64,000 nucleotides of DNA. Origin: an uncultured Ellagibacter sp. Its GTDB lineage: Bacteria > Actinomycetota > Coriobacteriia > Coriobacteriales > Eggerthellaceae. The stretch is taken from positions 4,983 to 68,982 of the forward strand of contig NZ_CAKTTZ010000007.1 in assembly GCF_934617235.1 (NCBI RefSeq). The letters are read 5' to 3'. The notes under the pieces were generated by a model that saw nothing but the letters and a program-made list of their open reading frames with translations, made no database searches and had not been told where the DNA came from. The position numbers and the translations under genes were made by a program. Shown piece after piece: positions 19,412 through 28,571 of this stretch (position 1 is the stretch's first letter; each line of letters begins with the position of its first letter).

Positions 19412-20725
19412 CTAACCCTCGATATGAATGATCGCATGCTCCGTGACGTAATCGTTTGCCTTCAGACGCATCGCAGAAAGACGCGCTTCGGGCATTTTGC
19501 CGTTTCTCTCGAAATCAAGACGGATCATTGCTTCAAGACCCGGCGATGCGGCGGCACGGAAATACTCGTTCAAGTCGTCATCGGTAAGCTCGAGATTGAA
19601 GTGCTCGGCAACGGAATCAAGTGCGAACTGACGGACCAGCTGCTCGTGCACCTGACCATTTAAATGGCGCTTGAGCTGCTGTTCTGTGACTCCCTGAGCA
19701 CGAAGGAAGTCTTCCTTGGTCATATTCTGCTCCGCAAGCTGATCTTCAAAGGCGACAAGAACGTCGGCAGTCACCGCATCATAAATCGCGTCGGAAATCT
19801 CGCCCTCGAACCGCTCGGCAAGTGCCTTTGCGCTCTGGAGATTCTTAAAATGACGGTACTCCACGGTTTTTCTGTCGGAAATCATACCGCGGATCTTCTC
19901 GCGCAATTCAGCGACACTTGATGCCTCACCTTGCATATTCTCGACAATCCACTCGTCGTCGATCGTCGGGATAATAGTCTTTTGCAGGCTTTTAACGGTA
20001 ACGGTCGAAACGTAGTGGTCCATCTCGGGCTGATTGTTTTCATCAAGCGTGAAACCCGGGGAAGAGTATTCGACTTCCTTGGTCTCCCCTACATGCATGG
20101 ACATAATTGCTTGGTCGAATTCCTCAGGCATCATATCGGCTCCCGTCGTATAGGAGCGGCCCTCAGAGCAAAGCTGATCGCAGCGCACCCCATCACGGAA
20201 GGTTTCGATCTCAAGTTCGACCTGGTCACCTTCGCGGATATCGGAATGACTCGCGTCCTCTTCCACGAAAGCATGGCTCTGAGCAAGTTGCGCCAGGTAG
20301 TTGTCGATATCCGCTTCGGTAACCACGAGAGGCGGAACGGTAATCTCGACGGGATCGTAAGAAGAAAGAGAGAAGCTCGGCTTCAGGACGCAGATAGCGT
20401 CGAAGACGAAAGGCGTATCGCGCTTGACGGTCTCCTTAATCTCGAACTGAGGTTTACCTATATATACGATGCCCTGCCCCTCTGCCGCGAAAGGAAACGA
20501 ATAGTGCGTAATAGAAGTGTTGAGATTCTCAAACACAGCCTCTCGCCCCAAACGGGCAATAGCAGCATCTTCAAGTTCCTGACCTTCTTCAGGGGTGATG
20601 TTGCTCTGATAAGCGAGGGCGATCAAGAACTGATCGATAAGCGTATTCGTATCGTTTGCCGGGATGGTGATGTGCAAACGCGAGCGGTCCTCGTCCACGC
20701 GCTCCAGACTTGCCTGCAGTTCCAT
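19412..20725 (-). CDS. Trigger factor-like chaperone paralogue
   Basis: 437 aa, acidic; VTEADIDNYL, FKBP-like GDQVELE..MPEEFDQAIMSMHVGETKEV, IPTIDDEW..SVAELREKIR; no GFRxGxxP loop. Confidence 0.8.
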   Translation of the reverse strand: MELQASLERVDEDRSRLHITIPANDTNTLIDQFLIALAYQSNITPEEGQELEDAAIARLGREAVFENLNTSITHYSFPFAAEGQGIVYIGKPQFEIKETVKRDTPFVFDAICVLKPSFSLSSYDPVEITVPPLVVTEADIDNYLAQLAQSHAFVEEDASHSDIREGDQVELEIETFRDGVRCDQLCSEGRSYTTGADMMPEEFDQAIMSMHVGETKEVEYSSPGFTLDENNQPEMDHYVSTVTVKSLQKTIIPTIDDEWIVENMQGEASSVAELREKIRGMISDRKTVEYRHFKNLQSAKALAERFEGEISDAIYDAVTADVLVAFEDQLAEQNMTKEDFLRAQGVTEQQLKRHLNGQVHEQLVRQFALDSVAEHFNLELTDDDLNEYFRAAASPGLEAMIRLDFERNGKMPEARLSAMRLKANDYVTEHAIIHIEG

Positions 20726-21141
20726 GGCTGCACCTCTTTCTATGCATAGGTATGCATGAACGATCTTGCCTGTTCAAACGAGCAGACAAGAGAAGAATGA
20801 ATGTGCCATCGGATGCATATCGCATAGAGTGATATCGCTTTTATCAGTATAGCATCACTACACGGTTTTCAGCCATTAGGACCACGCAGAGACGGGTAAT
20901 GAGTGAGGCCAGCGTTCTAGCGAGTTACCTCAATAAGGCACTTTTACGAGCATAACGAGGGAGTTAACCGCTTACAACAGATTTATTTATGTCCATTTGC
21001 CGAAAAAATAATTAATCCCAAAAAAATATTTGGACTTTTTTCGACTGGTTATAGCAAAGCAAATTATCACGAGGTCAAGCGTCCCAAAATCATGACTAGC
21101 AAGCCGAATTCAAAAGAAATTCGCATGTCATTTCAAAAAAT

Positions 21142-21159
21142 GTATCATAAATATAATAC
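21142..21159. promoter_or_regulatory. Candidate palindromic operator upstream of amiS-amiF
   Basis: GTATCATAAATATAATAC, near-perfect palindrome, matches the site at 19088-19105. Confidence 0.55.
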
Positions 21160-21303
21160 TGGAAAAATGAGACGAAATAACTCAAAGTACCTGCTTAAGC
21201 CAACCATTCGTAATAACGAAATACTCAGTATTTATGGCCCTCAACTGGTATTTTGCAAATCTCATATCTTTGCTTCCAGCTCTACCCTCTTAGCGAACCT
21301 CGC

Positions 21304-21332
21304 TTGACATTATTTGCGATCCACGAAATGAT
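21304..21332 (+). promoter_or_regulatory. Putative sigma70 promoter for amiS-amiF
   Basis: Perfect TTGACA at 21304-21309, weak -10 AATGAT at 17-bp spacing. Confidence 0.45.
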
Positions 21333-21413
21333 GATGGTGCATCGGATGCACGCTTCAGGAAATCGCAAACTTACAGGTGTAAGTTTCAACGAAACTTAGG
21401 GGGTGTTTTTCGA

Positions 21414-21950
21414 ATGACTTTGGGGTTAGGGCTTCTCTACGTCGGTTGCGTTCTGTTCATGAACGGCATCGGAACTTTGCAAAAATGGGATAGCAAAGCG
21501 ATGGCGGTGATGAACTTCTTCACGGGTGGATTGCTCGTTGTAATCAACACCGTGAACATCGCCTTCACCGTCGTCACCATGGGCGCTGCAGGTATTACTG
21601 CAGATCTCTACCCTGTCGCAACCAACATGCTCTTCGGTTTTACGTACTTGTTCGTCGGAGCCACCAATGCATTCAAGCTGAATGGAAGGCCGCTCGCTTG
21701 GTACTGCTTCTTCGTTGCAGTCAACACCATTCCTTGTGCGTATCTTTCGTTTGTCGCCAACGATCCAATCTTCGGCATCATCTGGATCATCTGGGGTACG
21801 TTGTGGTTGGCTTATTGGTTCGCTGGCGCCGAGATGAAGGTCACGCTTGGACCAAAATTCATCGGCTGGTACACGGTTGTTGTTGGCGTCATTACCTGCT
21901 GGCTCCCGGGCTATATGATGCTCGCGAACTGGTGGCAGCTCCTTTACTAA
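21414..21950 (+). CDS. AmiS/UreI-family amide/urea channel
   Basis: LGLGLLYVGCVLFMNG start, MLFGFTYL, LAWYCFFVA, IWIIWGTLW, TCWLPGY; about 6 TM segments. Confidence 0.92.
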   Translation: MTLGLGLLYVGCVLFMNGIGTLQKWDSKAMAVMNFFTGGLLVVINTVNIAFTVVTMGAAGITADLYPVATNMLFGFTYLFVGATNAFKLNGRPLAWYCFFVAVNTIPCAYLSFVANDPIFGIIWIIWGTLWLAYWFAGAEMKVTLGPKFIGWYTVVVGVITCWLPGYMMLANWWQLLY

Positions 21951-22082
21951 GTAAGGGGAGCGATTTTTTCTAGGTAGAAGCAGGATTCAGGGAGGTTTCC
22001 TGTTTCTCATAAAGGGACGGAGCAACGGCTTCGTCAAGCCAAAAGGTGAAGCGGAAACTTCACCAGACAGGAGGACAGAATT

Positions 22083-23087
22083 ATGGGTAGCAGCGGTAGC
22101 ATGAATAAGCCGGAAAATGGTTTCTTGTGCGCACTCATCCAGTTCCCCGTGCCGATCGTCAACTCCCGGGCTGACATCGACAAGCAGATCGAGAGCATCA
22201 TTCGTACGCTTCATGCGACGAAGGCCGGTTATCCGGGTCTCGAGCTCATCGTCTTCCCCGAGTACTCCACTCAGGGTCTGAACACTGCTAAATGGCTGAC
22301 CGAGGAATTCCTCTGCGACGTTCCTGGTCCCGAGACCGACGCATTCGGCAAGGCCTGCAAGGAAGCTGGCGTTTACGGCGTCTTCTCCATCATGGAGCGC
22401 AACCCCGATCCGAACAAGAACCCCTACAACACGGCAATCATTATCGACCCGAACGGCGAGATTTGCCTGAAGTATCGTAAGCTCTTCCCGTGGAACCCAA
22501 TCGAGCCTTGGTATCCTGGCGACCTCGGCATGCCCGTCTGCGACGGCCCCGCCGGCTCCAAGCTTGCTGTCTGCATCTGCCACGACGGCATGATTCCTGA
22601 GCTCGCTCGCGAAGCTGCCTACAAGGGCTGCAACGTCTACATCCGCATCTCCGGTTACTCCACCCAGGTTAACGAGCAGTGGATCCTCACCAACCGCTCG
22701 AACGCATGGCACAACCTCATGTACACCTTGGCTGTCAACCTTGCTGGTTACGACAACGTGTTCTACTACTTCGGCGAAGGCCAGATCACGAACTACGACG
22801 GCACCGTCCTCGTTCAGGGTCATCGCAATCCTTGGGAAATCGTCACCGGCGAAGTCTTCCCGCACCTCGCAGACCAGGCACGTCGTTGCTGGGGCCTCGA
22901 GAACAACATCTACAACCTTGGCCACCGCGGTTACGTCGCTCTCCCCGGCGGCGAGCCCGATGCGGGTCTCACCTGGGTCAAGGATCTTGCTGCTGGCAAG
23001 TACTGCCTGCCTTGGGAAGACGAGATGGAAATCAAGGACGGAACCATCTACGGTTACCCGACCACTGGCGGTCGCTTCGGCAAGTAA
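22083..23087 (+). CDS. amiF: Formamidase (nitrilase superfamily)
   Basis: 334 aa; FPEYS (E60), YRKLFPW, ICHDG catalytic triad with the formamidase-type CHD; C-terminus [12 protein letters not shown] as recalled for H. pylori AmiF; AGGAGG RBS. Confidence 0.96.
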   Translation: MGSSGSMNKPENGFLCALIQFPVPIVNSRADIDKQIESIIRTLHATKAGYPGLELIVFPEYSTQGLNTAKWLTEEFLCDVPGPETDAFGKACKEAGVYGVFSIMERNPDPNKNPYNTAIIIDPNGEICLKYRKLFPWNPIEPWYPGDLGMPVCDGPAGSKLAVCICHDGMIPELAREAAYKGCNVYIRISGYSTQVNEQWILTNRSNAWHNLMYTLAVNLAGYDNVFYYFGEGQITNYDGTVLVQGHRNPWEIVTGEVFPHLADQARRCWGLENNIYNLGHRGYVALPGGEPDAGLTWVKDLAAGKYCLPWEDEMEIKDGTIYGYPTTGGRFGK

Positions 23088-23163
23088 GCTAGCAAAGACG
23101 CCTATACTTCAGTGTTCCCCTCACTTAAGTACGGTTCTTAAAGCAGCTTAAAGACCACGCACC

Positions 23164-23203
23164 GAACCCCGCTCTGACAGATGTCAGAGCGGGGTTCATT
23201 TTT
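23164..23203 (+). terminator. Intrinsic terminator of amiF
   Basis: Perfect inverted repeat GAACCCCGCTCTGACA/TGTCAGAGCGGGGTTC then ATTTTT. Confidence 0.9.
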
Positions 23204-23258
23204 GCTTTTACGAGCTCATTTTGCAAGCAAAACGCGCGATGCACAAATGAGCTCCAGA

Positions 23259-23807
23259 TTACGCTTCTCTGCCAAGGGCAAGCGCTTGCTTGTTCTTCTC
23301 GAGCATCGCGGCTTTGCGCGCGGGGACGCACTTCTCGATCGCCGCCGTGAGCACTTCGGGATTGCAGAACGGGTCCGCTGCGAACAGGGCACCCACGAGT
23401 ACGATATTGCCCAAGCCCTTAAGCCCTGCCTTTTCAGCGATATCGGCGGCGGGGATGGCCTTCACCGTGACGTCGCTGCGCTCGGGAATGTTCTGCACAA
23501 GCGTGGAGTCGGCGATGACAAGACCGCCGGGAACGACCGCGTCGATGAACTTGTCAAGCGACGGTTGATTCATCGCGACAAGGACATCAGGCGCCGTGAT
23601 GAGCGGACTGCCAATGGGCTCAGCTGCCAAGCTGACGCTGCAGTTCGCAGTGCCGCCGCGCATCTCGGGACCATAGGAGGGAAGCCACGAAACCTCGCGG
23701 TTGCCAATAAGCCCCGTATAGGCGATGACCTTGCCAGCGAAAAGTACACCCTGCCCACCGAAACCGGCAAGCACGATCTTTCGATCGGGAAACGTTACCT
23801 CTGCCAT
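23259..23807 (-). CDS. 2-oxoacid:ferredoxin oxidoreductase gamma subunit
   Basis: IVLAGFGGQGVL, WLPSYGPEMRGGTANCSV; ATG 23807. Confidence 0.92.
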   Translation of the reverse strand: MAEVTFPDRKIVLAGFGGQGVLFAGKVIAYTGLIGNREVSWLPSYGPEMRGGTANCSVSLAAEPIGSPLITAPDVLVAMNQPSLDKFIDAVVPGGLVIADSTLVQNIPERSDVTVKAIPAADIAEKAGLKGLGNIVLVGALFAADPFCNPEVLTAAIEKCVPARKAAMLEKNKQALALGREA

Positions 23808-24646
23808 TAGCGACCCCCTTCCGACGTCTCGGGATGGGCAATGGGACAGGCGGCCGAACGCGCCGAAGCAGCCTCGGCGGCATTTGCGTAACCGTCGGCA
23901 ACGACATCGCGGTAGACACCGAGCGGATAGTACGGAAGCATGTTCTCGCGCATCCACTCGAAGGCTTCTTGCGGCGTGAAACCCCAGTTCGTGGGGCATG
24001 TAGACACAACCTCGATAAACGAGTAGCCTATGCCGTCGATCTGATACTGAAACGCCTTCTTAATGGCCTTTTTCGCCTTGCGGATGTTCTTCGGGCAATC
24101 GACCGTGACGCGCTCGATGTAAGCCGGGCCGTCGAGCGTGCTTAAAAGCTCGCAAACGCGAACGGGATAGCCTGCCTTGGAAACATCACGTCCATAGGGG
24201 CTTGTCTGCGTGACCTGGTTCGGAAGGCTCGTCGGAGCCATCTGCCCGCCCGTCATGCCGTAGATCGCGTTGTTGATGAAGATGATGGTGATATGTTCAC
24301 CGCGCGTTGCCGCATGAACGGTCTCCGCCATGCCGATCGACGCAAGGTCGCCGTCGCCCTGGTAAGCAAAAACCACATGATCGGGCAAAACGCGCTTCAC
24401 GCCCGTCGCCACCGCAGGAGCGCGACCATGGGCAGCCTCGATCATGTCGTTACCGAAGAAGTCGTACGACATAACCGAACAGCCGACAGGAGCGACGCCG
24501 ATGGTCTTCCCTTCGATATCGAGCTCGTCAATCGTCTCAGCCACGAGGCGGTGCACAATGCCATGAGCACATCCTGGGCAGTAATTGGTCACCACCGGCA
24601 AAAGGGAATGCGGGCGGGAAAATACGAGTTTCTCTTCTTGCGCCAT
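23807..24646 (-). CDS. 2-oxoacid:ferredoxin oxidoreductase beta (TPP-binding) subunit, Vor-type
   Basis: YCPGCAHG, APVGCS, HGRAPAVATG, YQGDGDLASIG, YGMTGGQMAPT, CPTNW. Confidence 0.92.
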   Translation of the reverse strand: MAQEEKLVFSRPHSLLPVVTNYCPGCAHGIVHRLVAETIDELDIEGKTIGVAPVGCSVMSYDFFGNDMIEAAHGRAPAVATGVKRVLPDHVVFAYQGDGDLASIGMAETVHAATRGEHITIIFINNAIYGMTGGQMAPTSLPNQVTQTSPYGRDVSKAGYPVRVCELLSTLDGPAYIERVTVDCPKNIRKAKKAIKKAFQYQIDGIGYSFIEVVSTCPTNWGFTPQEAFEWMRENMLPYYPLGVYRDVVADGYANAAEAASARSAACPIAHPETSEGGR

Positions 24647-25713
24647 TAGAGCACCCCTCCCCTCTTCGCGGAATCCTTGATAGCGGAAAGCACCTCTTCG
24701 GGCGTCGGGATAACGCCACCGGTGCGACCGAAGAATTCAACGGGGACGCGCCCGTTCACCGCAAGGCGCACATCGTCGACCATCTGTCCCATGTTCATCT
24801 CAACCGACAGGAAGATCTTCGCATGGGAAAGCGCCTGGTCAATCGCCTTTGTCGGGAAGGGCCAGAGGGTGATCGGACGAAGGAGGCCGGCCTTTACGCC
24901 CTCTTCGCGCGCAGCCACGACCGCGCTTCGCGCCACACGACTCGATGCACCGAACGCAACGACGACGACTTCGGCATCATCGAGAATGAAGGCTTCGAAG
25001 CGCTGCTCTTTCTCGCGGATAATCTCATAGCGTGCGAAACGCTCGATGTTGAGTTTTTCAAGCGCATCAGCAGTCAGGTAAAGCGAGTTCACGATGTTGT
25101 GGGGGCGCTTGCCTTCATGGCCCGTCGTCGCCCACGGCTTCTCGGGAAGGCTTTCCTTCGGTTCCGGCAAAACGACTGGCTCCATCATCTGCCCGAGCAT
25201 GCCGTCGGAGAGCACCATAACGGGCGTGCGATACTCGTCAGCCAAGTCGAACGCGCGGTAGACGCAGTCGGCCATCTCCTGCACCGTCGAAGGAGCAAGC
25301 ACGGGCATGAAGAAGTCGCCGTGTCCCGTCGCGCGCGTGGCCTGCCAATAGTCGGATTGCGACGGTTGAATGCCACCAAGGCCCGGGCCCCCTCGCTGCA
25401 CGTTGATGATGACGCCCGGCAAATCGGAGCCTGCCATGTAGGAAATTCCTTCGCCCTTAAGCGAGATTCCGGGACTTGACGATGAGGTCATCGCACGCGC
25501 ACCGGCAGAAGCGGCACCATAGACCATGTTGATGGCCGCGATCTCGCTTTCGGCCTGCAAAAACGTCCCGCCGATCTTCGGCATGCGCTTAGACATGTAG
25601 GCCGCAAGCTCGGTCTGCGGCGTGATGGGATACCCGAAGAAGAAGCGGCACCCCGCGCGAAGCGCGCTTTCAGCGAGCGCTTCGTTTCCCTTCATGAGAA
25701 CTTTTTCAGCCAT
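24646..25713 (-). CDS. vorB: 2-oxoacid:ferredoxin oxidoreductase alpha subunit (VorB-like)
   Basis: [54 protein letters not shown]. Confidence 0.88.
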   Translation of the reverse strand: MAEKVLMKGNEALAESALRAGCRFFFGYPITPQTELAAYMSKRMPKIGGTFLQAESEIAAINMVYGAASAGARAMTSSSSPGISLKGEGISYMAGSDLPGVIINVQRGGPGLGGIQPSQSDYWQATRATGHGDFFMPVLAPSTVQEMADCVYRAFDLADEYRTPVMVLSDGMLGQMMEPVVLPEPKESLPEKPWATTGHEGKRPHNIVNSLYLTADALEKLNIERFARYEIIREKEQRFEAFILDDAEVVVVAFGASSRVARSAVVAAREEGVKAGLLRPITLWPFPTKAIDQALSHAKIFLSVEMNMGQMVDDVRLAVNGRVPVEFFGRTGGVIPTPEEVLSAIKDSAKRGGVL

Positions 25714-25716
25714 AAC

Positions 25717-25923
25717 TCACCTCCAAACCGAGATGGCGACATCGGGGCACATAGTCGCGCAGGTGCAGCACCCCGTGCATTTTGATTGGTCGATGCAGTG
25801 CGCCGGATGATAACCCTTAGCGGTCACCCTCGCCTGATCGAGTTCGATGATGTGGGTCGGGCATACATCTATGCACAGGCCGCAGCCTTTGCAGAAGCCC
25901 TCGTCCACGTTGATTCTTGCCAT
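25717..25923 (-). CDS. 2x[4Fe-4S] ferredoxin (delta subunit)
   Basis: CKGCGLCIDVCP and CTGCCTCATMCPD. Confidence 0.92.
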   Translation of the reverse strand: MARINVDEGFCKGCGLCIDVCPTHIIELDQARVTAKGYHPAHCIDQSKCTGCCTCATMCPDVAISVWR

Positions 25924-25951
25924 TTGACGTTAACCCCCGCCCTCTAAAAAT

Positions 25952-26683
25952 TCAGTTACTCCACGGCGTTTGCCGATAGGGATCTATTGCGTAGAGCGCC
26001 ACGTCGACGCCCTCTTGCGAAAGTCTCTCTCTCGTTGCATCTGAGCAGGTCGCAGGGACGCACACGAACACGAGCGGCAAACCCGCAGCTTGCGCCACCT
26101 CGCGGGCGAAGGGAAGCGATCGGGAAATCGACTCCTCGTTTGTATCGCCCATGAGATGAGAGTTCGCAACGACGCCCGTTGCGGAAAGCCGCGATGAGCT
26201 CTCGATTTCGAAGAGAACCTCGCAGGCTTCGCGCGCCTTGCGCGTAAGCGCCCGATAGCGGTTCACGACATACCACATCTCGTAAGGTGCCGAAGCGATT
26301 GTGCGCGAGAAGCGACCAAGCGCCGCAGCACCCGAATCGTCGCCACCCACATCGATGATGCAGAGCTCGTTTTCTTCAGACTGCGCACGCTCGACCGCAG
26401 GAACGATGGCGCCCGTGAGCGCCGGCATGTCGATGTTGCAATCGGGACCGGCGTAAACCGGCGTTATCACCGAGATGCCGGCTTCTCGAAGCGATTCAGC
26501 CTGATCGCTCGACCTGAAATAGGGATTTACCACATCAAGATCGACGAGCGTGACGCGCTTCCCCGCATGCGCTGCATCCTTCGCAAGCGCAAGCGAGAGC
26601 GCCGTCTTCCCAACTCCATAGTGCCCGCACACGATGAGCACGCCCGAGATTTGAGAAACGTCGAAACCGCGAACCTGACCCAT
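25952..26683 (-). CDS. P-loop ATP-binding protein (ParA/MinD/CobQ-like)
   Basis: GHYGVGKT Walker A, DLDVVNPYFRS, DVGGDDSGA; ATG 26683 just after acs stop. Confidence 0.8.
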   Translation of the reverse strand: MGQVRGFDVSQISGVLIVCGHYGVGKTALSLALAKDAAHAGKRVTLVDLDVVNPYFRSSDQAESLREAGISVITPVYAGPDCNIDMPALTGAIVPAVERAQSEENELCIIDVGGDDSGAAALGRFSRTIASAPYEMWYVVNRYRALTRKAREACEVLFEIESSSRLSATGVVANSHLMGDTNEESISRSLPFAREVAQAAGLPLVFVCVPATCSDATRERLSQEGVDVALYAIDPYRQTPWSN

Positions 26684-26685
26684 TG

Positions 26686-28473
26686 CTAGATAAGGCCTTC
26701 GGGAAGCTTGGGCGACTTCAAGTCCGCCCCGTCCTTCTGCCTGATCGCGACACGACGGATCTTGCCATTCACCGTCTTCGGAAGCGCATCGACATAATCG
26801 ATAATGCGCGGATATTTGTAAGGAGCCGTACGATGCTTGACCCACGCTTGCAACTCATGGGTCAGCTCGTCGGAACCGGTAAAGCCTTCCGCAAGCACGA
26901 CCGTCGCTTTAACGGCAAAGCCGCGAACCGGGTCAGGCACGCCGGTAACGGCGCATTCGCGTACCGCCTCGTGTTCGAGCAGCTCGCTTTCAATTTCGAA
27001 AGGCCCGATGCGGTAGCCGGACGACTTGATGACATCGTCGTTTCGGCCGACGTACCAGAAGTAACCATCTTCATCAACCCATGCGGTATCGCCCGTGTGA
27101 TACCAGCCGTTGTAAATCGCGTTCGCGGTCTTTTCCGGATCGCGGAAGTACTCCATCATGATGCCCGCGGGGCGCGGCTCCATGCGAATGCAGATCTCGC
27201 CAGTCTCGCCGGTGTTGCAACGGGATCCATCATCGCGCTGAATCTCGACGTCGTAAAGCGGCACGGGCTTGCCCATCGAGCCAGAGCGAGGCGTCGAATG
27301 CGTAAGGTTCGCGATGGTAAGCGGCGTTTCCGTTTGACCGAAGCCCTCGAAAATCGTAAGGCCCGTGTTTTCCTTCCAGAAGTTGAACAGGTCGGGGTTG
27401 AGCGCCTCGCCAGCCGTCGTGGAGTACTGAAGCGACGACAGATCGTAGTCCGTGAAATTCTCAGACATCATAAGACGATACATCGTCGGCGGACAGCACA
27501 AAGTCGTGACCTGGTATTTCGAAATGAGCGAGAGAATTTCGCCAGCGTTGAAGCGATCGAAGTCGTACGTGAGCACGCAAGCTTCCATAAGCCATTGCCC
27601 GTAGTACTTGCCCCACACAGCCTTACCCCAGCCCGTGTCCGCAATGGTGAAGTGAACGCCGTCGGGCTGGACGTTATGCCAGTGTTTCGCGGTGATGAGG
27701 TGCGCTACGGCATAGCCGGAATTATGGAGCACCATCTTCGGGTTGCCAGAAGTGCCCGAGGAGAAGTACATGAGCATCGGGTCCGCCGCAGCAGTTTCAC
27801 GACGCTCGAAAACCTCGCTCGCCGTGCGGACGCCGCTGTTGAAGTCCGCCCAGCCCTCACGCTCGATCGAAGCGGCACAGATTCCCTCCTCGTCGGAAAG
27901 CGCCGAGCCGACGGTGCCCGCGACAGCGACGAGGTTTCCATCAGCATCGCACTTGGTCGTGCCGCCACCCGCACCGTTGACGAGGATTCGCGAGGTGAGC
28001 GTCGGGCATTCAGCGACCACGTTGTCCACGACCTGAGCGATTTCCCCAACGGACGTGCAGATGACGGAGGTAATCGAGGCGCCGTTCAGGCGATATTCCA
28101 GGTCATGCTCCTTAAGCATGAACGTTGCAGGAACCATGACTGCACCGATCTTCGCCAACGCCGTCGCAACGAACCAGAACTGATAGTGGCGGCGCAGTAC
28201 GACGAGAACGTAATCGCCTCGTTTGATTCCCTGGTCAACTAGGAAATTCGCCGTCTTGTCGGACCAGCGCTTCATGTCGGCGAACGTGAAGATGTGCTCC
28301 TCGCCTTCGGGGTTGCACCAGACCATCGCGCGACGATCTGGGTCGTTCACCGCGATGTCGTCGACGACGTCGTAGCCAAAGTTGAAATTGTCGGGGTAAT
28401 GGACGCTGAACGTTTCGAGCTGCCCGTCGGGAGCATAGGTTTCGTCAACGTAGCGCAGATTGATATTCCTCAT
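26686..28473 (-). CDS. AMP-forming short/medium-chain acyl-CoA synthetase
   Basis: YFSSGTSGNPK, EGFGQTE, YHTGD, GRNDDVIKSSGYRIGPFEIE, LPKTVNGKI. Confidence 0.92.
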   Translation of the reverse strand: MRNINLRYVDETYAPDGQLETFSVHYPDNFNFGYDVVDDIAVNDPDRRAMVWCNPEGEEHIFTFADMKRWSDKTANFLVDQGIKRGDYVLVVLRRHYQFWFVATALAKIGAVMVPATFMLKEHDLEYRLNGASITSVICTSVGEIAQVVDNVVAECPTLTSRILVNGAGGGTTKCDADGNLVAVAGTVGSALSDEEGICAASIEREGWADFNSGVRTASEVFERRETAAADPMLMYFSSGTSGNPKMVLHNSGYAVAHLITAKHWHNVQPDGVHFTIADTGWGKAVWGKYYGQWLMEACVLTYDFDRFNAGEILSLISKYQVTTLCCPPTMYRLMMSENFTDYDLSSLQYSTTAGEALNPDLFNFWKENTGLTIFEGFGQTETPLTIANLTHSTPRSGSMGKPVPLYDVEIQRDDGSRCNTGETGEICIRMEPRPAGIMMEYFRDPEKTANAIYNGWYHTGDTAWVDEDGYFWYVGRNDDVIKSSGYRIGPFEIESELLEHEAVRECAVTGVPDPVRGFAVKATVVLAEGFTGSDELTHELQAWVKHRTAPYKYPRIIDYVDALPKTVNGKIRRVAIRQKDGADLKSPKLPEGLI

Positions 28474-28571
28474 AGGATAAAAGAACCTCTTTCAGTGCAA
28501 GCAGGGCGACATGCCCGTATCGTCTTGTAGGAACCGAAGGATTGGCGCAACCCGGATAGTACCGAGCGCGC

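Noticed and set aside
21092..21307. 71-aa ORF in the AT-rich intergenic region
   Set aside because: No RBS or recognisable motif; overlaps predicted regulatory sites
22016..22064. ANTAR (AmiR-type) dual-hairpin motif
   Set aside because: Loops do not fit the hexaloop with A1/G4, and no ANTAR gene is in the window
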